A DNA stretch of 64,000 nt, taken from positions 74,797 through 138,796 of the forward strand of contig JAVZJR010000001.1 in the NCBI GenBank assembly GCA_038870635.1, read 5' to 3'. The notes beneath the pieces were generated by a model. It ran no database searches. It was not told where the DNA came from and worked only from the letters and a program-made list of their open reading frames with translations. Shown piece by piece: positions 39,412 to 52,259 of the stretch (the first letter of the stretch is position 1; each line of letters opens with the position of its first letter). The DNA comes from Candidatus Bilamarchaeaceae archaeon (GTDB lineage: Archaea > Micrarchaeota > Micrarchaeia > Anstonellales > Bilamarchaeaceae). The position numbers and the translations under genes were made by a program.

Positions 39412-40848
39412 TTAGTACTGCCGAGCAGCATAAACGTAAACAGTTGCTTCTTTTTCACACGCTATGCATTTTTTTCCTTCTGGCTTTTCGTTATTACCGA
39501 AAAGCGTCCCTCTTATATTAGCATGACAGTGCTCTTTTACAATATCAGCGCATTTTTCACCTTCTTTTTGATCAGTACAAAAAGGTACTTTAACAAAACC
39601 AAATTTTTCAAGTTTCTTTTCTAAATCCTCTAACGAATCTGCTGATGATATTTGAGATTTAAACCAATCATCTGCACGTTTAATAAGATTTTTTAAAAGC
39701 TCTTCTCTTATTTTCTCTATTTCAGTTTTGAGATTATCCTCTTTAACTTCAATTTTTTCCTTGGTGTCTCTTCTGAATACAGTAACCACTCCTTTTTCGA
39801 TATCACGTTTTCCAACTTCTAAGCGTACCGGAACCCCTTTCATCTCCCAATAGTTAAACTTTGCTCCTGGCGTTTCCTCACTGCGATCGATTTTAACCGA
39901 GTAATCCTCTTTTAAGCGTTTTTCTAATTCTTCACATTTTTTGAAAACCTCTTCTGCAGTAGCTGCTTTTATTATTGGTACAATTATTATCTGTAAAGGA
40001 GCCAGGTCAAAAGGCAAGACTAAACCTTTCTCATCACCATGTGTTGCAAACACAGCAGCATATATTCTTGAAATCGCCGGCCCATAACAAGTTTGCCAAA
40101 CGTATTGCTCTTTTTCATTTTCGTCCATATACTTTATACCAAAGGCTTTTGAGAAATTTTGGCCAAGCATATGCGTGCTTGGAAGTTGAAGCACTCTCCT
40201 ATCAGGTAAAAGAGTATCTGCTGCATACGTGTCTACTGCACCTGCAAACTTATCCCATTGTGGCCTTTTGAAAAATAAAAAAGGCACCCCAAATTTTTGG
40301 TGTATTATATTCTCTGCCATCTCCATATCTTCTCTTACTTGTGCTTCTGCTTCTTCTTTTGTTGCAAAGCAATCGTGCGCCTCTATCCAATAAAACTCTC
40401 TTGAACGAATAAAAGGTTTTGTTGCTTTTGTTTCATAACGCCATACTTGACAACGCTGGTATATTTTTAGAGGTAAATCTTTTTTCCCATGTATCCAAAG
40501 AGAATACATCGTATACATGGCGGTTTCACTGGTTGGCCTCATCGCAAGTCTTTCATCAAGTGGGTTGTTTCCGGCAGCAGTAACCCAAAAAACTTCTGGT
40601 ACAAACCCTTGAACATGCTCGCTTTCTTTTGTAAAATAACTTTCCGGTATAAGCGCTGGAAAAAGAGCAGGGACATGGCCCCTTTTTTGCAGCTCTTTCT
40701 CGTACATTTCATACATTTTATTCATTGTCATGACTGCCCAAGGAAGAAAAACTACAAAACCTTTTACACCATAACGAATATCGCAAAGTTCTGCTTCTTT
40801 TATTAACTGATTGTACCATTCTGAGAAGTTTGATTTGTCTAATTGCAC
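39412..40848 (-). CDS. proS: Proline--tRNA ligase (archaeal/eukaryal type)
   Basis: RPTSET, RYETKATKPFIRSREF, HMLGQNFSKAF motifs; C-terminal ARQY. Confidence 0.97.
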   Translation of the reverse strand: MQLDKSNFSEWYNQLIKEAELCDIRYGVKGFVVFLPWAVMTMNKMYEMYEKELQKRGHVPALFPALIPESYFTKESEHVQGFVPEVFWVTAAGNNPLDERLAMRPTSETAMYTMYSLWIHGKKDLPLKIYQRCQVWRYETKATKPFIRSREFYWIEAHDCFATKEEAEAQVREDMEMAENIIHQKFGVPFLFFKRPQWDKFAGAVDTYAADTLLPDRRVLQLPSTHMLGQNFSKAFGIKYMDENEKEQYVWQTCYGPAISRIYAAVFATHGDEKGLVLPFDLAPLQIIIVPIIKAATAEEVFKKCEELEKRLKEDYSVKIDRSEETPGAKFNYWEMKGVPVRLEVGKRDIEKGVVTVFRRDTKEKIEVKEDNLKTEIEKIREELLKNLIKRADDWFKSQISSADSLEDLEKKLEKFGFVKVPFCTDQKEGEKCADIVKEHCHANIRGTLFGNNEKPEGKKCIACEKEATVYVYAARQY

Positions 40849-40921
40849 AATAACACCAAATTGATGTTTATAGAAAGAATTTAAAAATAGTAAAATTTGA
40901 AAAACTTAAAAAAATAAAAAA

Positions 40922-41002
40922 TTATTTCTTCTTTTTTGATTTCTTTTTTGAAGTTTTCTTTTTTGTTGCTTTTGATTTACAACTCTTACAACCACATGCC
41001 AT
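40922..41002 (-). CDS. 26-aa Cys/Lys-rich peptide (not in ORF track)
   Basis: MACGCKSCKSKATKKKTSKKKSKKKK*; GGTGAT RBS 3 nt before ATG; TTTAAATATA box upstream. Confidence 0.7.
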   Translation of the reverse strand: MACGCKSCKSKATKKKTSKKKSKKKK

Positions 41003-41077
41003 TACATCACCAATTAAATACTCACCAACTTATATTTAAATTTTATTCTGTCAAATAAATACAGATAAAGTGAGCAA

Positions 41078-42367
41078 ATGGATTTTATAGAAGCGTGCGC
41101 TGAATCAAAGAAAATCGCTTTTTCATTCTCTAATCCGCTTATCGTCCATCACTATGACACAGATGGTATTACTTCCGGGGCAATAGTATGCGCTGCTTTT
41201 TTAGAGAACAATAAAAAATTTAGACGTCTATGTATAAAAAAACTTGACGATATCGCAATAGACAAGCTATCACATGAGAAAGAAATCATTTTTGTAGACC
41301 TAGGAGGAGGAAATAAAAGAGTTAACGAACTTAAAGATGTGGTTATATTGGATCATCATCAAACTACAGGTATAGAAAAATTTCAGATAAATCCCCATCT
41401 TTATGGCATTGACGGGAGTACAGAAATGTCAGCATCTGGTGTCGCATATTTTGTTTTTAAAACTAAAATAGAACTTGCTATAACTGGAGCAGTAGGTGAC
41501 ATGCAAGCCCCTTTTGTAGGAAAAAATAGGGAATTGCTCGACATAGGGGAAAAAGAAGGCAGGGTGCGAAGAGAGCAAGACCTTTGCTTTTATGGAAGAT
41601 ATTCTCGCCCATTAGTACAATTCCTTGAATACAATGATGAACCCTATATTCCAGGAATATCATATCGTGAAGACAAGTGTATCAACTTGCTTCAATCTCT
41701 TCGTATAGAAATAAAGAAAGGTGAAAAATACAGAACATATGCGGATTTAACAAAAGAGGAAAAAAAGGCACTTGTTTCTGCACTTGCAGACATTTTAATA
41801 GAGCGTGGCAAGATAAAATCTATTAGCGAACTTATAGGTGAAAGTTATGTTTTTACAAACCATCAACTAAATGAAAGTTATGAAGCTGGGGAATTCTCTA
41901 CTCTCCTAAATGCTTGTGGAAGACATAAAAGAGACGATATAGGTATCGGAGTTGCTTTGGGTAACGAGAAGTTTTTTGATGAGGCGCGAAAACTCTTACA
42001 CCATCACAGAGTTATGCTTAAAAATGGTGTGGAACACGCGAACACAAGTCTGCAAAATCTTGGGCCTTTTTATCTTATAGATGGACGAGAAATGATAGAT
42101 GAAAGTATAATAGGAATAGTTTGCGGGATGGTTAATCGAAGTGAGTGGGGGAAACCAGTTTTAGGAATAGCAAGAAGTGAAAAAGGTCAGTTAAAAGCAT
42201 CTGTCCGTGGAAAAGGAAAAAATCTTGGACTCGCTATAAAAAAAGCAGCAGAAAAATGCGGCGGTGTGGGAGGAGGTCACACGGTAGCAGCTGGTGCTTC
42301 CTTTCCAGAAAAAAATTTAGATGATTTCATTCTTTTCTTCGCAGAAGAACTAAACAAACAAAATTAG
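41078..42367 (+). CDS. RecJ/GAN-like DHH phosphoesterase
   Basis: HHYDTDG, FVDLG, LDHH, GAVGDMQ and GGGHTVAAGA motifs. Confidence 0.92.
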   Translation: MDFIEACAESKKIAFSFSNPLIVHHYDTDGITSGAIVCAAFLENNKKFRRLCIKKLDDIAIDKLSHEKEIIFVDLGGGNKRVNELKDVVILDHHQTTGIEKFQINPHLYGIDGSTEMSASGVAYFVFKTKIELAITGAVGDMQAPFVGKNRELLDIGEKEGRVRREQDLCFYGRYSRPLVQFLEYNDEPYIPGISYREDKCINLLQSLRIEIKKGEKYRTYADLTKEEKKALVSALADILIERGKIKSISELIGESYVFTNHQLNESYEAGEFSTLLNACGRHKRDDIGIGVALGNEKFFDEARKLLHHHRVMLKNGVEHANTSLQNLGPFYLIDGREMIDESIIGIVCGMVNRSEWGKPVLGIARSEKGQLKASVRGKGKNLGLAIKKAAEKCGGVGGGHTVAAGASFPEKNLDDFILFFAEELNKQN

Positions 42368-42445
42368 GCAAATGCCGAAAATTTAACAAAAAAATTTATA
42401 AATAAATTTGTTTTTTTGTGTTTTGCAAAAAAAAGATTAACACTA

Positions 42446-42769
42446 ATGCTGGGGGTATTAATGAGAGGTCGTTTTATTGTTAAAGACTTAGAGAAAAAAC
42501 TTGACTTAGAGAAAAAACTTCGACCAATAATTAATTGGCGTAATCCTGCATTAGGAAAATTTTATTATCCGAAAGGTTTGAGAAGGAAAAAATTTAAAAA
42601 ATCACCCGACACCTTTAGAAAAATAAAAAAACCATTAATAGAAGATAGCTCGATATTTAAACCATCGAAAGTGATAAGTGGTAAAGAACCAGAAAAAATT
42701 TTCTATCCTTCAAAAGTTATATCTAAAAAGATAAATACTGTCCCTATTAAAAACAGCAAAACATTTTAA
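42446..42769 (+). CDS. Hypothetical basic protein (uncertain)
   Basis: Fills an intergenic gap; internal repeats DLEKKL x2 and IF.PSKVIS x2. Confidence 0.4.
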   Translation: MLGVLMRGRFIVKDLEKKLDLEKKLRPIINWRNPALGKFYYPKGLRRKKFKKSPDTFRKIKKPLIEDSSIFKPSKVISGKEPEKIFYPSKVISKKINTVPIKNSKTF

Positions 42770-42801
42770 CCATAACGTATTATAAGAATGGAAGGGAGAA
42801 G

Positions 42802-44337
42802 ATGGCGTATGCATTATTGAGCGTTTATCAGAAAGAAGGCATTGTAGAATTTGCAAAAGAACTTTCAGAATTAGGTTATACTATAATTTCAAGTGGTGGA
42901 ACAAGCAAAACACTACAAGAAAGCGGCATAAAAACTATAGAAATATCAAAATTTACAGGTTCTCCGGAAATGATGGACGGAAGAGTAAAAACACTTCATC
43001 CAAAGATACATGCAGGAATATTAATGGATAGAAGTAACAAAAAACACATTGAAGAAGCAAAGAAAAATGGAATAGAACCAATAGATATAGTTGTGGTTAA
43101 CCTTTACCCTTTTGAGGAAACAGTACTAAAAAAACCATCACTCGAAGAAGCAATAGAAAACATCGATATAGGTGGACCAACTCTGTTAAGAGCTGCGGCA
43201 AAAAATTATAAAAACGTTATAGTAGTATGCAATCCAAAATATTATAGAAGAGTAATCGATGAATTAAAAAAAGGAGAATTATCTGAAAAATTGCGAGAGG
43301 AGTTAGCAGCAGCGGTGTGGGAGCACGTCGCCCACTACGATACAGTAATAGAAAATTACTTCAAAAAAAAATGGCAATTGACAGAAGCTTATCCTGATTA
43401 TCTCAATTTAACATTTAGAAAAAAATGTGAACTGAGATACGGCGAAAATCCGCACCAAACAGGGGCGCTTTATTACGACCCTCATGATGGAAATATATCA
43501 ATAGCTGATGCAAAACAATATGGCGGAAAAGAGCTTTCCTATAACAATATATTAGATATGAACTCTGCTTACAGATTGATAAACCAATTTGAAGAACCAA
43601 CGGCAGTGATAATAAAACATAATAATCCATGCGGTGTTGCGACAAATACTAGCGTAGTTGAAGCGTATAGGATAGCGCGAGCAGTTGACCCAGAAGCAGC
43701 TTTTGGCGGAATTGTTGCAGTAAATCGAAAAGTAACAAAAGAACTTGCAAATGAAATAATAACCCGTTTTGTCGAAATAGTTTTGGCGCCAGAATATGAT
43801 AAAGAAGCGATTGAGATTCTCAACAAAAAACCAAACTTGCGTGTAATGGAACTTCCTTTTGTACCAATAAAAAACAAATTTAAGACATATCGATCCGTCC
43901 TCGGCGGTCTTCTGGTGCAGGATGCAGATATTGAACTATACAATGAACTAAAAGTAGTCACTAAAAGAAAGCCAACGAAAGAAGAGATGGAAGCGATGCT
44001 CTACGCTTGGAAGATTGTAAAGTATGTACGCTCTAATGCGATAGTGTATGCACGAAAAAATAGGGCAGTAGGAATAGGTGCAGGCCAAATGAAAAGAATA
44101 GATGCTGCTAAAATCGGAGCCATGATAGCACAAGAATTTGGCGATAATACAAAAGGATGTGCGATGGCGTCGGATGCATTCTTTCCGTTTCGTGATGGAA
44201 TAGATTACGCGGCCAGTTTAGGTATAACTGCCATAATACAACCTGGCGGCTCAATCAAGGACAATGAAGTTATAGAAGCAGCAAACGAGCATAATATAGC
44301 TATGGTTTTCACTGGGATGAGGCACTTTAGACATTAG
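42802..44337 (+). CDS. purH: Bifunctional AICAR transformylase/IMP cyclohydrolase
   Basis: GRVKTLHP, IDIGGP, RYGENPHQ, KHNNPCG and ASDAFFPF motifs; C-terminal RHFRH. Confidence 0.97.
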   Translation: MAYALLSVYQKEGIVEFAKELSELGYTIISSGGTSKTLQESGIKTIEISKFTGSPEMMDGRVKTLHPKIHAGILMDRSNKKHIEEAKKNGIEPIDIVVVNLYPFEETVLKKPSLEEAIENIDIGGPTLLRAAAKNYKNVIVVCNPKYYRRVIDELKKGELSEKLREELAAAVWEHVAHYDTVIENYFKKKWQLTEAYPDYLNLTFRKKCELRYGENPHQTGALYYDPHDGNISIADAKQYGGKELSYNNILDMNSAYRLINQFEEPTAVIIKHNNPCGVATNTSVVEAYRIARAVDPEAAFGGIVAVNRKVTKELANEIITRFVEIVLAPEYDKEAIEILNKKPNLRVMELPFVPIKNKFKTYRSVLGGLLVQDADIELYNELKVVTKRKPTKEEMEAMLYAWKIVKYVRSNAIVYARKNRAVGIGAGQMKRIDAAKIGAMIAQEFGDNTKGCAMASDAFFPFRDGIDYAASLGITAIIQPGGSIKDNEVIEAANEHNIAMVFTGMRHFRH

Positions 44338-45330
44338 AGATATCTCTTAAATTTATCTACAATGGCCATACTGAGAACGCCATAACTTTTGTGTAGGCCG
44401 TGGGGGGCCGTTTCTTCTATTTTTTTTCTTGTTTCTTCATCAGATATTTGTATCTCAGCACTTATGTCGTTGAGATTAAAATTTATGTTAAAACCACGAT
44501 AACCACTTTGCTTTGGTTTTGAGTAGTAATCATCAACAGATGGTGATTTACCTTTGTTCTTTAGATTGGATATAATTTTTTTGGCAGTTTCTACGGCCTC
44601 CTTAACTTCATTAAACACCAATCGCGTACCAATAAGGTCGTTGATGTACCCTTTTTCTTCAAGCTTTAATGTTGCGCTTTCAGGTGACTTTATTCGCATT
44701 TCGACTTCGCAACTCTCCACACCCAAAAGCACTTTAAGATTTTCAATTGTCTTTTCTAAATCATTCTTTCGTACTTCAAGTTCTCTCTTAATTTTTTTAA
44801 GTGTAAGACCAAAAGATTTTTCAACTGCTTTTTCTCTCAATTTTTTTACCAGTAGGCGGGTCTATGACCTCCGCAATCGCAGCGTAAACATAAAGAGTTT
44901 TTTTGGGGTCATCTACAATATTAGCCTCTGCCAGCACAATTCGGGATATAAGTGTCGCCACGCTTATCTCGTTTTTAAGAATTTTATCTTCATATATTTT
45001 AAGTTCCTCTTTTCTTAATTCTTTTTCTTCAAGTACCTCTACAATCCTAACTTCACTCATTATTTTAGAAAGTTTTAAAACATCAATAGTAGTAAGGGAA
45101 GGTCCGTTTATGCATTTAATTAAAAGATTGAGTACTGCATTCTCTTTGCTTTTCGGTACTGCAGTTAGAAGTGTTGCCAAAAATGCAGCATCCTTGTCTT
45201 CTCCTTTTGCGAGAGAATAAGCACGTTCTGCTAAAGGGATTCTCTCATATAGTGTTTTTTTATCACAAACGACTGACAGAATGGAAATGTATGTTTCAAA
45301 CCCCCCAAGCACTTTGTTTTTGTGTACCAT
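44334..45330 (-). pseudogene. RelA/SpoT-like gene split by a frameshift at an A7 run (44841-44847); could also be a sequencing error or recoded
   Basis: The 3' ORF has RIKSPES, DLIGTRLV, DYYSKPKQSGYRG and EIQI synthetase motifs; the 5' ORF resembles a degenerate HD region; removing one A fuses them into 331 aa. Confidence 0.7.
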
Positions 45331-45427
45331 AATGTAATATTATGTTAATACATTTTATAAACCTGACTACCACTTAAAAAACCAAAAGAATTTTAATCTA
45401 AAATGGCATAAAGAGGCAGGTGGGTTG

Positions 45428-47020
45428 ATGGAAGAATTCAGTGAAAAAGAAAAAGAAATACTTCTAAAATTTGTAAGCAATACTGACAGAGATATATTTG
45501 TGCTAAAAAATCTGCCAGAAGTGGTAAAAGGAGCTCTTTTTTCTAGGTATAGTAGAAGCAGTAAAAGTTTGAGACGGCTTTTACTTGATGAATTTATAGA
45601 AAACAAAGATCTTGATATAAGACAACTTGCCAGTGATACAAAAGATGACATAGTACTCACAAAAAAGGCCGAGGAGTTTTACGACCGTGTCTTGCTTGGT
45701 TTTGGTGATGATTCTGTTGCAGAACTCGCAGGAGCACACATAGCACTTGAAAATATATCTATCATAGCAACTAAAGTAGTAGAGGACAACCGCATAGGAA
45801 TTTCTCCACTTGAAAAATCTACTCGCTATGTTTATTTTGACAAAAAAGTGGATGGAAAATGGTTATACTACCGCGAACCCACACTTATGGAGAATATGCC
45901 AGAAGAGTACACAGAAGTTTGCGAAAGATGTTTTGAAACTTATGCTAGATTAATCTCTAATATATCAAAATATGTAAGTGAGAGACTCGAACGAGGAGAA
46001 CTAAGTGAAAGAGCATATGAAGCAGTTGTAAGGGCAAAAACTTGTGATGTATTACGAGGACTTTTGCCTGCCAGTACACTAACAAACGTTGGGCTTTTTG
46101 GTAATGGCAGGGCTTTTGAATATCTTATAACAAAACTCTACGCGAGTAATTTAGTCGAAATAAGAAATCTGGCGGCGACGATGGAGAATGAACTTAAAAC
46201 AGTCATACCTTCATTTGTAAAAAGAGCAAGCGAAAAACATGGAAAAGAAATGCGCGATTACATAAAAGCAACTACAGAGAGAACCAAAGCACTTGCACCG
46301 CATGAGCGTTCAGATGCAGCAGATATTGTAAGGATAATTGATTACGAAAAAAATGCCTACCAAAAAGTTATTGCGGCGATTCTTTACCCGTATAGTGAAC
46401 TATCACTTGAAGAATTAGAGAAAAGAGCAGAAATGCTGAGCGAAGAAGAGATAAGGAAAATAATCACTACCCATCTTGGAGAGAGAAAAAATAGAAGACA
46501 CAAAGGAGGGAGAGGATTCGAAAGAATCTATTACACATTTGAAATATGCACTAATTTTGGTGCGTATAGAGATTTGCATAGACATAGAATGCTAACACAG
46601 CAAAGGCAACTTCTCACTACGAACTTGGGTTATGATATCCCTCACGAAATAGTAGATGCAGGATACGAAAAAGACTTTAAAGATGTAATGGAGGTTGCAA
46701 AAAACAACTATGAATTAATAGCAAATAAGTATAAAGAAGAAGCGCAATACGTAGTACCTTTAGCCTATCGCATCCGCTGGATGATAACAATGAATCTGCG
46801 AGAGGTATACCATCTTTGCGAAATAAGAAGTACACAACATGGACACAGAGATTACAGAAAGGTTGCACAAGAAATATACAAAAAAATAAAAGAGACTCAC
46901 CCATTACTGGCAGAGGGAATGATGGTTGACATGAATGAATATGAATTTGAAAGATTGGAAGCAGAGAAAAAAATTGACAAAAAAATAGAGAGCATAAAAC
47001 AAAAGTATAATAAGGTATAA
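45428..47020 (+). CDS. thyX: FAD-dependent thymidylate synthase, long duplicated form
   Basis: GDDSVAE, EKSTRYV, RGLLPA, RDLHRHRM and NLREVYH motifs. Confidence 0.92.
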   Translation: MEEFSEKEKEILLKFVSNTDRDIFVLKNLPEVVKGALFSRYSRSSKSLRRLLLDEFIENKDLDIRQLASDTKDDIVLTKKAEEFYDRVLLGFGDDSVAELAGAHIALENISIIATKVVEDNRIGISPLEKSTRYVYFDKKVDGKWLYYREPTLMENMPEEYTEVCERCFETYARLISNISKYVSERLERGELSERAYEAVVRAKTCDVLRGLLPASTLTNVGLFGNGRAFEYLITKLYASNLVEIRNLAATMENELKTVIPSFVKRASEKHGKEMRDYIKATTERTKALAPHERSDAADIVRIIDYEKNAYQKVIAAILYPYSELSLEELEKRAEMLSEEEIRKIITTHLGERKNRRHKGGRGFERIYYTFEICTNFGAYRDLHRHRMLTQQRQLLTTNLGYDIPHEIVDAGYEKDFKDVMEVAKNNYELIANKYKEEAQYVVPLAYRIRWMITMNLREVYHLCEIRSTQHGHRDYRKVAQEIYKKIKETHPLLAEGMMVDMNEYEFERLEAEKKIDKKIESIKQKYNKV

Positions 47021-47022
47021 AA

Positions 47023-47943
47023 ATGAAAAATAAAAAAATTTTCTTAATTGGCGCAAACGGAAGGTTAGGAAAAAAAATTTGCCAAAAATTATACGAAGAA
47101 GGTTTATCTTTTATTCCAATAGTTCGTAAACAAAGTGGACTAAAAAATGAGATAGTTTGCAACTTTAGCATAGAAGAACTTAGAGAAATACTCAAAAAAG
47201 CAGATGTAATAATAAACACGGCAGGCTCAACAAAAACATATGATAAAAGGGAAATGGAAAGAGGAAATGTTGAGCTTGTAAAAAATATTGTAGAAGCTGC
47301 ACCAAAAAATGCAAAGATAATACATGCTAGTTCAATATCTGTTTATGGAAAAATGTTAGCAAAAAAACCTGCTGATGAACAAACCCCGATAAGACCAGAT
47401 AGTGAATATGCAAAAACAAAATATGAAGCAGAAAAAATATTATCTCAAAATAAAAATGTAGTGGTATTAAGAATAGGCACAATATACGATGAAAGTGATG
47501 ATTACGTATACATAGTAAAAAAAATAAAAGAAGGAAAGATGTATATTATAGGAAATGGAAACAATCGTATACCATTTGTACACATCGATGACGTTGCTTC
47601 TGCTTTTTTGGCGGCCCTCAAAGCACCACCAGGGGTTTACAACATAGTCGGTGACCCAATAACACAAAAAGAAGCCTATCAAATAGTTTCAAATGTTTTG
47701 GGTGTAAAACCACCTCAAAAACACATACCATTTTGGCTCGCTAATTTATACGCCTTCATCGAAGAAAAAGTATCAAGTATATGGGGGAAAAAACCAAAAA
47801 TAACAAGAGAGCATGTAGCCATTCTTTTTTTTGATAGAGTATTTGACTGCAGCCTAGCAAAAGAAGTACTTGGTTTTAATCCACAAAAAAACGCAGATGG
47901 AATAAAAAAAGTTACTGAAACAATATTACAAAAAAATTTGTAG
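47023..47943 (+). CDS. NAD-dependent epimerase/dehydratase
   Basis: GANGRLG, SSISVYG, YAKTK and FVHIDDVA motifs. Confidence 0.9.
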   Translation: MKNKKIFLIGANGRLGKKICQKLYEEGLSFIPIVRKQSGLKNEIVCNFSIEELREILKKADVIINTAGSTKTYDKREMERGNVELVKNIVEAAPKNAKIIHASSISVYGKMLAKKPADEQTPIRPDSEYAKTKYEAEKILSQNKNVVVLRIGTIYDESDDYVYIVKKIKEGKMYIIGNGNNRIPFVHIDDVASAFLAALKAPPGVYNIVGDPITQKEAYQIVSNVLGVKPPQKHIPFWLANLYAFIEEKVSSIWGKKPKITREHVAILFFDRVFDCSLAKEVLGFNPQKNADGIKKVTETILQKNL

Positions 47944-47979
47944 ATACAAATAAATATGTATACGAATAACAATAGTTGT

Positions 47980-50156
<2,177 letters not shown>

Positions 50157-50180
<24 letters not shown>

Positions 50181-50546
50181 ACGAAATGCTTTTCTTGGTT
50201 TATCCACCCAAAGAGCAATAATACCTTTTTCACCATTACCCGCTATTAATCTCATATTTTTTATGAGAATCTTTTGCTCTGCTAAAACATTCTTTATATT
50301 CTCCATTTTACGAAGATAATCAGGAACTCTTAAAACCATCGTGTTTTTTTCAACAATTTCAAAACCATTTTTAGCAAGTGCTTCTTTTGCATTGTTAGCA
50401 TCACGAACAAGTATAGATATTGCTGTCTTTCCACCTGCTGCCTCAATACTCATATTCTCTACTCTTACACCTTCCTTCCCAAGGATATAAAATAGCTCTG
50501 TCAAAAGATTTGGTCTTTCATCTGCTAGTACAACTACTGATTGCAT
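50157..50546 (-). CDS. Tandem ACT-domain protein
   Basis: DERPNLL...LGKEGVRV ACT pattern, duplicated. Confidence 0.7.
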
Positions 50547-50556
50547 CTGAACCCCT

Positions 50557-50889
50557 TCATAAATACTTTCTTATATCTTCAGATATAGAATCAAGAATTT
50601 GGAATGTTCTATAACCTTCAGGGGTACCTAAAGCAGCTGATTTTATCTTAGCTTGATTTATTAAGCGGACTAAATCTATCTTTTCATTTGGCTCAAGCGC
50701 AACACCAGAAACAATGAAATCTCTTAATTTTATTATTGCTTCTACGACTGCCTCTTGCTTTTGACTGAACTCGTTATAATTAAGCAAACTAACGGTTTCA
50801 AGTTGATTTCGCGCCTTTACAAAATCATCCTTAATCATATTGATATTGAGTTTTTCTTTTGATGTAAACATACTCAACAAACAAACCAT
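50557..50889 (-). CDS. Hypothetical helical protein
   Basis: 110-aa ORF with GGTGG RBS, co-oriented with the ACT gene. Confidence 0.6.
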   Translation of the reverse strand: MVCLLSMFTSKEKLNINMIKDDFVKARNQLETVSLLNYNEFSQKQEAVVEAIIKLRDFIVSGVALEPNEKIDLVRLINQAKIKSAALGTPEGYRTFQILDSISEDIRKYL

Positions 50890-51161
50890 ACAACCACCCC
50901 ATTTTTATTTTATGTATTGTGAAGTATTTATATATTTTGTAAAAAAATATGTGAAAAAATTAAATAAAAAAGCCTATTTATTGTGTTTTTTATAAAAAAT
51001 TAAGCTAAAAAAACATAAAAAAATAATAATAACAACGCTTAAAACACCATTTCAGAAGAGAAATTAAAAATGTGAAAAAACACTAAGAGAACTAATTAAA
51101 AATGTTTTTGAAGAAATACAGTCGCTGATATATAAAAATTATTAAAACAAGGGTCAATTTT

Positions 51162-52256
51162 ATGAACTTCCCAAATATATATAATATAAAAGGTTATAGA
51201 ATTTTAGCAATCCCACCTTTGATTTTGCTTCTAGTTGCTATTCTATACATACCACATATAAAACTGGGTGTAGAATTCAATGGCGGCACTCTTCTCTCTC
51301 TTGATTTAGAGGAAAAAATGGTTGACACTTCTGTATTAAAGAACACGCTTATTGCTAATGGTCTACAAGGAAACGTAAAGATGTATGACACACCCGTCGG
51401 ACAAAGAGTAGAAATAGAATTGCCACAAAGTGATACTTTAATAAAAGCAGAAAAACTCCGAGCGGAATTTGATAAAAATTTAGCAAGCGCAAGCACTCTC
51501 GAAGTTGAAGCAGAACAAAATAGCACAAAAAAAGCAGAATATGAAAAAAAATACTCTGAATGCGAAGAAATAGTCAAAGATATGTATTCGCTTGCTGGTA
51601 TGGAGTACCAGCCTTCAGAAAAAAAGAGCGTCAATGAATTAGATAAAAAAATATCCTTAGCATATAAAGAAATATACTCTAATTATGAAAAGTCAATCGT
51701 AGGCCCAATAAATAAAGTAGTTAAGTACAAAAGCATGTCGATAAAAACAATTAGCCCAATTTTAAGCGCAAGTTTCATAGATACTGCGATAAAAGTAGCG
51801 CTAGTGGCCGCGGTACTTTCCTCAGTATTTATATTCGCTTATTTTAGGGCAGTAGTGCCCAGCATTGCGGTGTTAGTTGGCGCGACCTGTGATATAGTTA
51901 TAGCATTAGGTGCAATGGGGTTCTTTGGCATACCATTAACATTAGCATCATTTGCTGCATTATTAATGCTTGTAGGTTTCTCCCTTGACACAGATATTCT
52001 TTTGACTATGAGAATGTTAAAACAAAAAGGAAGTCCACGAGAACACGCCTATGATGCTATGAAAACAGGACTCACAATGAGTACAATGGCACTTGTTTCT
52101 TTTGGCATTCTTTTCATATTGGCTAATATAACACACATAAGCACTTATTATGAAATCGCAGGTGTTGCTTTGGCAGGTTTGGTAGGAGACATGTTTGCTA
52201 CGTGGGGCATAAATGCAGTAATGCTTCTTTATTACTTAGAACAAAGGAGGGGATAG
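51162..52256 (+). CDS. secF: Protein translocase subunit SecF
   Basis: LGVEFNGG and LMLVGFSLDTDILLT motifs; six-TM layout. Confidence 0.92.
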   Translation: MNFPNIYNIKGYRILAIPPLILLLVAILYIPHIKLGVEFNGGTLLSLDLEEKMVDTSVLKNTLIANGLQGNVKMYDTPVGQRVEIELPQSDTLIKAEKLRAEFDKNLASASTLEVEAEQNSTKKAEYEKKYSECEEIVKDMYSLAGMEYQPSEKKSVNELDKKISLAYKEIYSNYEKSIVGPINKVVKYKSMSIKTISPILSASFIDTAIKVALVAAVLSSVFIFAYFRAVVPSIAVLVGATCDIVIALGAMGFFGIPLTLASFAALLMLVGFSLDTDILLTMRMLKQKGSPREHAYDAMKTGLTMSTMALVSFGILFILANITHISTYYEIAGVALAGLVGDMFATWGINAVMLLYYLEQRRG

Positions 52257-52259
52257 ACT

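Noticed and set aside
50890..51161. Replication origin in the longest AT-rich intergenic region
   Set aside because: No recognisable ORB repeats and no adjacent cdc6/orc1; explained by divergent promoters
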